DNA of 64,000 bases from Hemiscyllium ocellatum (taxonomy: Eukaryota), in assembly GCF_020745735.1 (NCBI RefSeq), contig NC_083433.1, positions 21,649,363 through 21,713,362 of the forward strand, read 5' to 3'. Below the pieces are notes generated by a model. It did not search any database, had not been told where the DNA came from, and worked only from the letters and a program-made list of their open reading frames with translations. A program made the position numbers and the translations under genes. This document shows, piece by piece, positions 10,945-22,115 of the stretch; the first letter of the stretch is position 1; every line of letters starts with the position of its first letter.

Positions 10945-13900
10945 AACATAGAACTTAGAACATTACAGCGCAGTACAAACCTTTCGGCACTCAATGTTGC
11001 ATCATCCTGTGAAACCAATCTGAAGCCCATCTGATCTGCACTATTCCATTATCATCCATATATTTATCAAATGACCATTTAAATGCGAGTCTACAACTGT
11101 TGCAGGCAGGCCATTCCATGCCTCTACGAGTCCCCTACTAGAAACTACCTCTGACATCTGTCCTATATCTACCACCTCTCAATGTGAAGCTATGCCCCCT
11201 CATGCTATCCATCACCATCCTCGGAAAAAGGCTCTCATTGTCCACCCAATCTAACCCTCTGATTATCTGATATGTATCAATTAAGTCACCTCTCCACCTT
11301 CTTTCTAACAAAAAAAAATGCCTCAAGTCCCTCAACCTTGCCTCGTAAGACTTTCCCTCTATACCAGGCAACATCCTCGTAGATCTCTTCTGAGCCCTTT
11401 CCAAAGCTTCCATGTCTTTCCTATAATGCGGTGACCAGAACTGTACCCAATAATCCAAGTGCGGCCGCACCAAAGTGTTGTACAGCTGCAGCATGATCTC
11501 ATGCTTCCAAAACTCAATCCCTCTACTAATAAAAAATAACAAACCATATGCCCTTTTAACAGCCTATCAACCTGGGTGGCAACTTTGAGGGATCTATGTA
11601 CATGGACACTGAGTTCTCTCTGCTCATCTACACAACCAAGAATCTTACCGTTAGCCCATTACTCTGCATTCCTGTTACTCTTTCAAAACATGAATCACTT
11701 CAAACTTTTCTGCATTAAACTCCATTTACCACCTCTCAGCCCAGCTCTGCAGCTTATCTATGTCCATCTGTAACCTACAACATCCTTCAGCACTATTCAC
11801 AACTCTACCAACCTTAGTGTCATCCACAAATTTACTAGCCCATCATTCTACACCCTCTTCCAGATCGTTTATTAAAATGACAAACAGCATTGGCCTCAAA
11901 ACAGATGCTTGCAGTATACCACTGGTATCTGAACTCCAGGATGAACATTTCCCATCAACCACCACCAATTTCAGCTAGCCAATTTCTGATCCAAACCGCT
12001 AAATCACCCTCAATCCCATGCCTCTGTATTTTGTGCAGTAGCCTCCCATGAGGAACCTTATCAAAATCCATATACACCACATCAATGACTTTACTCTCAT
12101 CCATCTGGTTTGTCACCTTTTCAAAGAACTCAATAAGTTTTGTGAGGCACAGCCTACACTTCATGAAACCATGTTGACTATCCCTAATCAACTTATTCCT
12201 TTCTCGATGATTATAAATCCTATCTTTTATAATCCTTTCCCACACTTTACCCACAACAAAAGTAAGGCTCACTGGCCTATAATTATCAGGGTTGTCTCTA
12301 CTTACCTTCATAAAAATGGGAAAACATTTGCTATCCTCCAGTCTTCTGGTCCTATTCCTGTCGGCAATGACAACATAAAGATCAAAGCCAAAGGCTCGGC
12401 AATCTCCTCCCTGGCTTCCCAAAGAATCCGAGGATAAATCACATCCAGCCCGGGGATTTATCTATTTTCACACTTCCCAGAATTTCTAACATCTCCTTGT
12501 GAACCTCAATCCCATCCAGTCTAGTAGCCTGTTTCTCAGTATTCTCCTCGACAACATTGTCTTTTCCAGTGTGAGTATTGACAAAAAGTACTCATTTAGC
12601 GCTTTTCTTATCCCCTCTGACTCCATGCATAATTTTCACTACAGCCCTTAATTGGCCATAATCTTACTCTCGTCATTCTTTTATCCCTTATATACCTGAG
12701 GAAAGCCTTAGGGTTTTCCCTGATCCTATCTGCCAACAACTTCTCATGTCCCCTCCTGGCAGTTCTTAGCTCCCTCTTTAGGTCTTTCCTGGCTACCTTG
12801 TAACTCTCAATCACCCTATCTGAGCCTTCACATCTCATCCTAACTTCTTCCTCTTGACAAGAGATTCAACTTCCTTAGAAAACCAGGCTCCTGCGCTCAG
12901 CAACTTTCTCCCTGTCTGATAGGTATGTACTTATCAAGGACAAACAATAGCTGTTCCTTGAATAAGCTCCACAATTCTATTGTGCCCACCCCTTGCAGTT
13001 TCCTTCTCCATCCTATACATCCTAAATCTTGTCTAATCGCATCATAATTGCCTTTCCCCCAGCTGTAGCTCTTGCCCTCCAGTGTATACCTATCCCTCTC
13101 CATCACTAAAGTAAACATAACTGAATTGTAGTCACTATCACCAAAGTGCTCACCTCTCTCCAAATCTAACACCTGGCCAGGTTCATTACCCAGTACCAAA
13201 TCTAATGTGACCTCGCCCCCTTGTTGGTGAGGGTGGGGGCAAAAATCCTCCTGCACACAATGGACAAAAACAGACCCATCTAAAGTACTTGAACTATAAT
13301 ATTCCCAGTCAATATTTGGGAAGTTGAAGTGCCCCATAACAATTATCCTGACACTCTCGTTCCTATCGAGAATCATCTTTGCCATCCCTTCCTGTAAATC
13401 TCTGGAACTATTTGGAGACTGATAGAAAAGTTCTAACAGGTGAGCTCTTCTTTCCTGTTTCTAATCTCAGCCTATACTATCCCAGTCGACAAGTCCTCAA
13501 ACGTCCTTCCTGCAGCCATAATAATGTCCTTGACTAACAATGCCACACCCCCACCTCATTTACCATCTTCTCTGTTCTTACTGAAACATCTAAGTCCCAG
13601 AACCTGCAATAATCATTCCTGTCCCTGCTCTACCCATATCTCTGAAATGGCCACAACATCGAAATCCCAGGTACTGACCTATGCTGCAAGTTCACCCACC
13701 TTATTCCAGGTGCTGCTGGCGTTGAAATGGACACAAATCAAACTAATTTTTTGCTTGCCGATGCCCTCTTGCAACCCTAAACCTTATTTCGGACCTCCCT
13801 ATGCTCAACTTCCTCTATACACAAACTACAATTGAGATTCCCATCCCCCTGCTGATTTAGTTTAACCTACCTGAAGAGCATTAGCAAATTTCCCTGAAAG

Positions 13901-14395
13901 CTCTGGTTCAGGTGAAGACCATCCTGTTTGTAGAGGTCCCACCTACTCCAGGAAAACCCCAATTATCCATGAATCCAAAACTCTCCCTCCTGCACCATCC
14001 CTGCACCATCGTCTCTTTTCATATTCCTCGCTAACACGTGATAGCAACCAGAGATAGCAACTCTGTTTGTCCTAGCTCTAAGCTTCTACCATAGCTCCCT
14101 GAATTTCTGCCTGAAATCCCATCTTTCTTCCTACCTATGTCAGTGGTGCCTATGTGGACCACGACTTGGGGTTGCTCGCCCTTCCCCGCAAGGATCCCGA
14201 AAACATAATCAGAGACATCGCGAACACTGGTACCTGGGAGGCAACACACCAACCGTGAGTCTCTCTAATTCCTACAGAACCTCCTGTCTGTCCCCCTAAC
14301 TATGGAGTCCCCAGTGACTAATGCTCTGCTCCTCTTCCCCCTTCCCTTCTAAGCAACAGGAACACACTCTGTGTCAGAGACCTGTACCCCATGGC
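10945..14395 (-). mobile_element. Long degenerate CR1-clade LINE (ORF1 esterase fragment, endonuclease, RT, 3' end)
   Basis: VCCLPG..VVVHIGTTDIG (SGNH-type ORF1), MGHFNFPNIDW, LDLVL, NYRPVSLT, SQHGF, YMDF.KVPH, LERAQKR. Confidence 0.92.
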
Positions 14396-14479
14396 TTTTG
14401 TGCGCAGATAAGGAAAATCATACCATTTGAATTATATTTGGGTAATACAAAAGAGTGAGGAACACCATGTAACGGCTGC

Positions 14480-15290
14480 ACTTAAGGTGCACAGACAGTG
14501 AGACCAACATTAAATTTGGGAGGTCCGTTCAGAAGTTTAATAACAGTGGGGAAGAAGCTATTCCTGAATCTGTTTGTATATGTATTTAAACTTTTGTATC
14601 TTCTGTCTGACGGCAGAGGATTGAAGAGATTATAATCGGGGGGTGGGGGGGAGTCTTTGATGATGTTGTCTATCTTCCCAACATAGCGAGGAGGGTAGAT
14701 GGAGCAATGGATGGAAGATTTGCTTGTTTGATGGACTGGGCTGTATTCACAAATCTCTATCATTTCTTATGGTCCTGGGCAAAGCAGTTGCCATACCAAG
14801 TCATGATGCATCCAGGTAGAATGCTTTCTCTGGTGCACCTATAGAAATTACTAAGCATCTTTATGGACATGCTGAATTTCGTTAGCTTCCTGAAAAAGTA
14901 GAGATGTTGTTGTGCTTTCTTGACTGTCACATGGACATGAGTGGACGAGGACAGATTGTTCGGTGAAAGCGAGCACTGCAGGTGCTGGAGATCAGAATCA
15001 AGACCAGAGTGATGCTGGAAAAGCACAGCAGGTCAGGCAGCAACTGAGGAGCAGGAAAATTGACATTTCGGGCAAAAGCCATTCATCAGGAAAGCCGTTC
15101 ACCTTGATGAAGGGCTCCTGCCCGAAACCTCGATTTTCCTGCTCCTGGGAGGTTGCCTGACCTGCTGTGCTTTTCCAGCACCACTCTAATCTAGGACAGA
15201 TCGTTGGTGATCATCACGCCCAGAAACTTGATGCTCTCGACCATCTTCACCTCAGTTCCATTGATGAAAACTGGAGCGTGCCCTCCACCT
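14480..15290 (-). mobile_element. Rex1/Babar-type LINE 3' fragment, split by the family A insertion
   Basis: VESIKFLGVMITNDLS, VKKAQQHLYFFRKL, FYRCTRESIL..CI..WYGN, PLPSDRRY, TNRFRNSFFPTVI. Confidence 0.85.
14961..15194. mobile_element. Inverted head-to-head pair of family A modules inserted into a Rex1 LINE
   Basis: Minus copy 14961-15090, plus copy 15103-15194; flanking duplication AGGACAGAT(T/C)GTT. Confidence 0.8.
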
Positions 15291-16174
15291 TTGCTGGACG
15301 AGTTAAGTCCTGGATGGAAACCTGGTTTGATGCACCATTTTTGTTTTGTTTTGGTTTTAACAAAATGGTCTCTCACTGAAACATGAGCACACAATGCTGT
15401 AAATTTTGTTTTAACAATACAACAGAGGCTTATTAACAAAACAAATAAAGGTAAACTAGAATTAACCAAATATCTACTCAAAATAGAAATTTAAGCAATT
15501 TTAACCACACAATAAAAGTATACTCCCATTCTCACATACAATCCTTTATAAATTGAAAAGAACAACAATAGCTTTTATACTGTACCCAAAGGACACTTTG
15601 CATTGTACCCATGAATACTATTCATACAATACCAGAGTCTCTAACACCCTGTGATTTTAACTTGCAGAGTGGACATGCAAATCGAATCTTCCTAAAACTA
15701 TTAGACAGCTGCGCCTAAACATTCTCAGCTTTAAGTAATCTCTTCAGGGTTTTATCACCAACAGTTCTGGCCTGGGACTAACATTCACACTTTACTCAAA
15801 GTTAAGCTTGTTTCTCTACATCCTTCCCTTCTCAGAAGCTTTGGGTTATGTCTTCATCCATAAGACTGCCCAAAACTAAAGGTAGAACAAAATAGTCTCT
15901 CTGAGCAATGCATGTTTCCCCTCAACATAAAAGAAAGCAAATTCTAGAAATCTCCGACAAACTTTGAGGCCCATTATTTGTCTTGCTGGGTCACAAAAAA
16001 AATCCCAAATTTGCAAAAATCCAAAACACCCATTCATTTTCAAAGCAGTTTTACAATAAAACAAAAGAAATACAGGAATACTAAGAAGTTAATTATCAAA
16101 CTCAGGCACACAAAAATCCCACATTATTAATTCATAAATCAAAACCCCCCCAAAATTATATCAACAAACTAGAG

Positions 16175-16480
16175 AAAAGATTCAGAGAAGATTTACAAGG
16201 ATGTTGCTGGGACTGGAGGGTTTGCGTTATGGGGAGAGGCTGAATGGGCTGGGGCTGTTTTCCCTGGAACATCAGAGGCTGAGGGATGACCCTGCAGAAG
16301 TTTATAAAATCATGAGGGTCATGCACTGAGTGAATAGTCAAGGTCTTTTCCTCAGGGTAGGAGAGTCTAAAACTAGAGGGCATACATTTAAGGGGAGGGG
16401 GAAAAGATATAAAACGGACCTAAGCGGCATTTTTTTTCACACAGAGGGTGATACATGTTTGGAATGAGCTGCCAGAGGAA
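16175..16480 (+). mobile_element. CR1 3' fragment
   Basis: Similar to the other CR1 tails in the window. Confidence 0.8.
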
Positions 16481-16584
16481 GGAGCCTTCCATATCCATCA
16501 AAGTTTCACCTGCACATCCACCAATGTCATTTATTGTATCCGTTGCTCCCGATGTGGTCTCCTCTACATTGGGGAGACTGGACG

Positions 16585-16856
16585 CCCAGCAAGTCCACAC
16601 CGACCCTCCAAAGAGTAACCGACCCAGACCCATTTCCAACATTTATCCCTGACTAATAACCTACACTATGGGCAATTTAGCATGGCCAATTCACCTCAAC
16701 TGCACATCTTTGGATTGTGGGAGGAAACCAGAGCACCCGGAGGAAACCCACGCAGACACGGGAAGAATGTACAAACTCCATACAGACAGCTGCATAAGGA
16801 TCGAACTTGGGTCCCTGATGGTGTGAGGCAGCAGTGCTAACCATTGAGCCACCATG
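16585..16856 (-). mobile_element. HE1-like V-SINE
   Basis: V domain and tRNA-like head on the reverse strand. Confidence 0.85.
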
Positions 16857-17759
16857 CTCTTTTCGCCTGCACCAGTTTGTCTTCCCCCATTTTTCCATCA
16901 AGAGTTCCCATTATAAATTTGTCTGTTCACATGTACGATGGAAGCAGAGAGAGTGTAGTCAGATTTTTTCTCAGTGTAATTGCTGTACAAAAAGAGAAAT
17001 TACTGCAAAAATCAGCAGGTCTGACAACATATGTGGAGAGAAAGCAGAGTTAATGTCTGAATCCGGTGACACATCTTCAGATATCCTGGTTTCGTTTCAG
17101 ATCTCCAGCACCCACAGTTCTTTGGTTTATTTTAATATAATTTCTGTCTGGGACTGTAAATAGCAAGGCAGAAGATGCGACATGAAAAATGAGACTACAT
17201 CCCATATGTACCACTCACTCCAATTATCCATCATCATCTAACTCAATGTTGCTTGAAGCCATCAGGCATTAGTTCCCATCTGCAGTGACCAGAAGATAAT
17301 AACGTGGATAACAGGACAGTTTGCCCATTATTCTTGTTCCTCATTGTTTTTTTAACCTTCCTGAATTTTGAATGCTACTCAGACATCCATTTCATTTACA
17401 ACAGCATTCTTTCAATGTAAAAAAATGCAGACATTTAAATCGATGTGAACTGAGAGACAGAAAGACAGAGAGAGGAAGTAAACCACTTATGGCAGTTCTA
17501 ACAGAATAATACATTGCAAGGTGCTTCACAGGAGCATTATAAAACGACATCTGACACCAAGGTGATTGAGGGGATTCTTAGAGACAATGACCAAAATTGC
17601 TTAAATAATCAGTTTTAATCAGCATCTTAAAGAAGGGGTTGGGATTCAATTCCGGAGTCTGTGGTCAAGGCAACTGGAAGGGCAGCTGCCAATGTTGCAG
17701 CGATTAGAATCCGGGATACACAAAGGGCAGGCATTAGACGGGCTCAGGAATCGCACAGG

Positions 17760-18620
17760 GTTAGAGTCACAGTGTCATGCAACCTTCGGTCCAACCAGTC
17801 TATGCTGACCTTCATCCCAAACTAAACTAGTCCCACCTGCCCGTGATGACCCTCCGAACATTTCTTATCCATGTACTTATCCAAATGTCTTTTAAACGTT
17901 GTAACTGTACCCGCACCCACCACTTCCTCAGGAAGGTCATTCCACACACAAACTACACAAACCACACAACAAAAATTGCCCTTTGTGTTGTGTTTTTAAG
18001 CTTTCTCCTCTCACCTAAACAACGTGCCCTTAGTCTTGAAATCTCCCACCTTAGGGAAAAGACAGCTGCCATTCACCCTATCCATGCCCCTCATGATTTT
18101 ATAAACCTCTATAAGGTCACCCCTCAACCTCCTACACTCCAGTGAAAAAGGTCCCAGCCTATTCTCGGATGCTGCCTGACCTGCTGTGCTTTATCAGCAC
18201 CACTCTAATGGAGACTCTGATTTCCAGCATCTGCAGTCCTCACTTTTGCCTTATGACTCAAACCCCCCCATTCCCAGCAACATCCTGGGAACTCATTTCA
18301 GAACCCTCTCTTGTTTAATAATATCCTTCCTATAACAGGGCGACCAGAACTGGACACAGAAGAGACCTCACCAACGTCCTGTACAACCTCAACATTATGT
18401 CCCAGCTCCAAATACTCTATGGTCTGAGCAATGAAAGCAGGTATGTTAATCATCTTCTTAACCACCCTGTCTACCTGTGTGCAAACTTCAAAGAATTATG
18501 TAGGTGAACCTCTAGATCCCTCTATTCTACAACACTACCTGAGGCTGTACTTCTAATTGTATAAGCCCTGCCCTTGTTTGTTTTACCAAAATGCAATAAC
18601 TTGCATTTATCCAAAATGGA
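17760..18620 (-). mobile_element. CR1 3' fragment with a family A tail inserted at ~18165-18250
   Basis: Reverse-complement similarity to the 2400-3090 copy; KCKLLHFGKTN. Confidence 0.8.
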
Positions 18621-20264
18621 ATGGGAAGGGATTGCAGAGGTAGGGAAGGGGGAGGCCATGGAGGTATTTGAAAACAAAGATGAGAATTTTAAAATCGGGT
18701 TGTTGCTTGACCAAAACGCAGTATGGGTCAGTGAGCACAATATAGCTCAATAGGTGTGCAGCGTGCTGCAAGTTAAAGTCATGAGACCATTAGACGTATG
18801 AGCAGATGTAGGCCATTCAGCCCATCGAATCTGCTCTGCCATTTTATGAGATCGTGGCTGAGCTGATAGTCCTTAACTCCACTTTCTGCCTTTTCCACGT
18901 AACCATTATTCCTTTATTGATTAAAGATCTTTCTGTCTCTGCCCTGAATATACTTAATGACTGAACCTCAACAGCCTCTGCAGTAAAGGATTCTACAAAC
19001 ATGAGTTGTCCAAATCTCTAAAAGACTTCCAAACCTGTACTGCTAGACCTAGAATGTCTCCTGCTATCACCATTCAGGACTATGTTCTATTCCGCAGGGA
19101 AACCGATCAATGTTCAAAGTAGGTTAAAGCTGAAACAGATAACGCAGCAAGACTTCATGTTTTAAGATTTTTACTGCAACAAATGATAAAATCATAATGA
19201 AGCAAACATTATTTAACTATTACAGGTAGTTTCTACTTAAAATATCTGAAATAAACATTCCTTTCTTAACTTATCACACACTGCACTCTCCACAGAATTA
19301 CAGTCCTTTTATAGAGTCGTAGAGGTCTACAGCATAGAAACTGGCCCTTCAAACAATCCTGTCTTCCTCAGTTTTCAGAATTAAACTAGTCCCATTTTCC
19401 CCTGTTTGATAAATATCCCTCAATACCTATCCAAATGTACCTGTTCAAAAACAGAAATCACTGACGGAATTCAGCAGCTCTGGCAGCATCTGTGCAGAGA
19501 AAGCAGAGTTAATGTCTGAATCCAGTGACCCATCTTCAGATGGCCTGGTTTTGTTTCAGATCTCCAGCATCCACAGTTCTTTGGTTTTATTTTAATGTAA
19601 TTTCTGTCTGGGACTGCAAATAGCAAGGCTGTCCAAATGTTTCTTAAAGGACAAAATAGTACTCGCCTCCACCATTACCTCTGGCAGCCATTCCAGACAT
19701 TCACCACCTTCTGTGTGAAATAATTGCCCTTCTGGATCCTCTTGTATCTCTCCCTTCTCCCCTTAAATTTATTATTTAGTTTTAATAAATAGGACAGATG
19801 CTTCTAACGTGAAATGTTTCCAAATACCATTTCATCAAATAGTAACTCACACAGACCGTCTCTCAGAGCATTTCTCAGTTTTCCGAATCCACCAGCAGCA
19901 GCAAAATCTGTTTCTTCATCTTCCTCTGGGATATCTGGTCAGCATGGATGAGTTGGGCTGAAGGGTCTGTTTCTGTGCTGTACATCTCTATGACTTTATG
20001 ATTCTATGCCAGGATGCCTGTGTTCCACTGGTGACTGTCTCCCTGTCACGTCCGGCTGTGGGGGCTCGCAAAACCGAGCCGGTTCTTCACCTCCCTCAGC
20101 GGGTGCAGGAGCAGGCTGCCCCCAGGGTGGATGTGGGGGGTGTGGTGGGGTGGATTAAGTCAAACCAGAGAGGACAAGGTCAGGCCAGTGTAAGAAGTGT
20201 GAGCCCAGCATGGCCAGGCGCTTGTGGTCTGTGGTGTTGAACTGTTAGCTGAATTCCTTTTGTA

Positions 20265-20450
20265 GTCATGATTTGGAGATGCCGGTGTTGGACTGGGGTG
20301 GACAAATTTAAAAGTCACACAACACCAGGTTATAGTCCAACAGGTTTAATTAGAAGCACTAGCTTTCGGAGAAGGAGTGGCGCTCCGAAAGCTAGTGCTT
20401 CCAATTAACCCTGTTGGACTATAATCTGGTGTTGTGTGATTTTTAACTCT
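20265..20450. mobile_element. Inverted pair of family B modules forming a long palindrome
   Basis: ...GCACTAGCTTTCGGAG AAGGAGTGGCG CTCCGAAAGCTAGTGC...; arms about 65 bp. Confidence 0.85.
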
Positions 20451-21244
20451 GTATTTCCTTGTTTTTCTACTTTTTAGTAAGAGGACTATAAGGTTGAACT
20501 TCATTTTCCTTATTTTTCCGCTTTGTAACTAAGATTCTGGGCCTAGATACCTGTGTATCTAAGGTGGCACCCTACATGGCGACTTGTAAACGTTCAATTG
20601 AGTACATACGACAATAAAGCTAATTCTAAACTTTGCTGACCTCTGTCGTCTGGCTGTGTAACTGATTGTTACTGATCTCAAAATTGGCTTCTTCTGCCCC
20701 CTTCCCCACAGCAAAAAGGAAACACATTCACCTTGCATCCAGTTAGGAATGTAGATCAACTATTCTTGAGACCAACTTTCTTTCATTTTAGAAGAGGATA
20801 ATTTATAGCACAATCACTTCCAACTCGATACTAACAATGCTTCCTTGGACCTTTGGGAAGTCTTTGATTTAAATTTAGATCTAAATTTTTCATCATGTGT
20901 ATTCAAGTACAGGAGTACAATGAAAAGTGTATAATGTTGCCACACACTGAGCCATTTTAGGAACAAAGGTACCTGGGTACAAAAAAATCTTAAGTTTTTA
21001 TTCATTCATTCATGGCTAGGTTGGCATTCCTTTGCCCATCCCTAATTGCCCAGGTTAATTATTAACCACCTGTCTATGGGTCTGGAGTCACATGTAGGCC
21101 CAATAGGTTTCCTTCCCTAAACCGAATGGATTTTTCTGACAATCCACAATGGAATCATGGTCATCATTAGACTCTTAATTCCGGATTTTTTTTTATCGAA
21201 TTCAAATTCCACCATCTGCTGTGGCAGGATTCAAACCTGCGTCC

Positions 21245-21586
21245 ACAGCACAGTAGCTCAGTGGTTAGCACTGCTGCCTCACAGGGCCAGGGACTCGGGT
21301 TCGATTCCAGCCTCAGGCGACTATCTGTGTGGAGTTTGCACGTTCTCCCCGTGTCTGCATGGGCTTCCTCCGGGTGCTCCGGTTTCTTCCCAGAACCACA
21401 AAGCCATGCAGGGTAGGCCTTGCTAAATTGCCCATAGTGGTCAGGGATGTGTAGGCGAGGTGCATTAATCAAGGGTAAATATAGGGTAGGGGAATAGGTC
21501 TGGGTGGGTTACTCTTCGGAGGGTCGGTGTAGACTTGTTGGTCTGAGGGGCCTGTTTCCACACTGTATGGAATCTAATTCTAATTC
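21245..21586 (+). mobile_element. HE1-like V-SINE nested in an older SINE
   Basis: Head, V domain and tail. Confidence 0.85.
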
Positions 21587-22115
21587 AAGATGGGTTTTTG
21601 GATTAACAGTCCAGTAATAATACCACTTAGTCTGCCCATAGGTACAAAGTACTAAAAGAAAAAAAAGTTAAGAAGTAAAGCATTACAGACCCATTGTAGT
21701 ATAAGGAGAAAGATGAAAGTCCTTCTTACTATAAATTTAAAAAAAGAAAGAAGTTAAAAGTTCAACAATCTTTCCTGAGTCCTTAGCCATAATGGGGACC
21801 CAATCTCCTGTGCTTAGCGTGCTCTCTAGGATGCCTCAGCTGCCTTTTCTTGATGTTGCGGAGACCAGGGGACTTCCCTCACTGCTTGCACAACCTACAT
21901 TGGGCTCAATTCCAAATGACAAATTCCATGTTCTGGTTCGAATGAAGCCCAGAATGCCATCACCCCACTGCTGTCACTAAAGCTGCTGTCTCTGATTTCC
22001 AACTGCTGCCTCTGGTCCATACACTGAACATTTAGAGATTTCTGGCATTTCCCTCCAAGCATGGTGGCTCAGTATTTAGCACTGCTGCCTTACAGCACCA
22101 GAGACCTGGATTCAA

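Noticed and set aside
15300-16165. Possible LTR or other uncharacterised repeat
   Set aside because: No clear termini, target duplication or second copy visible in the window
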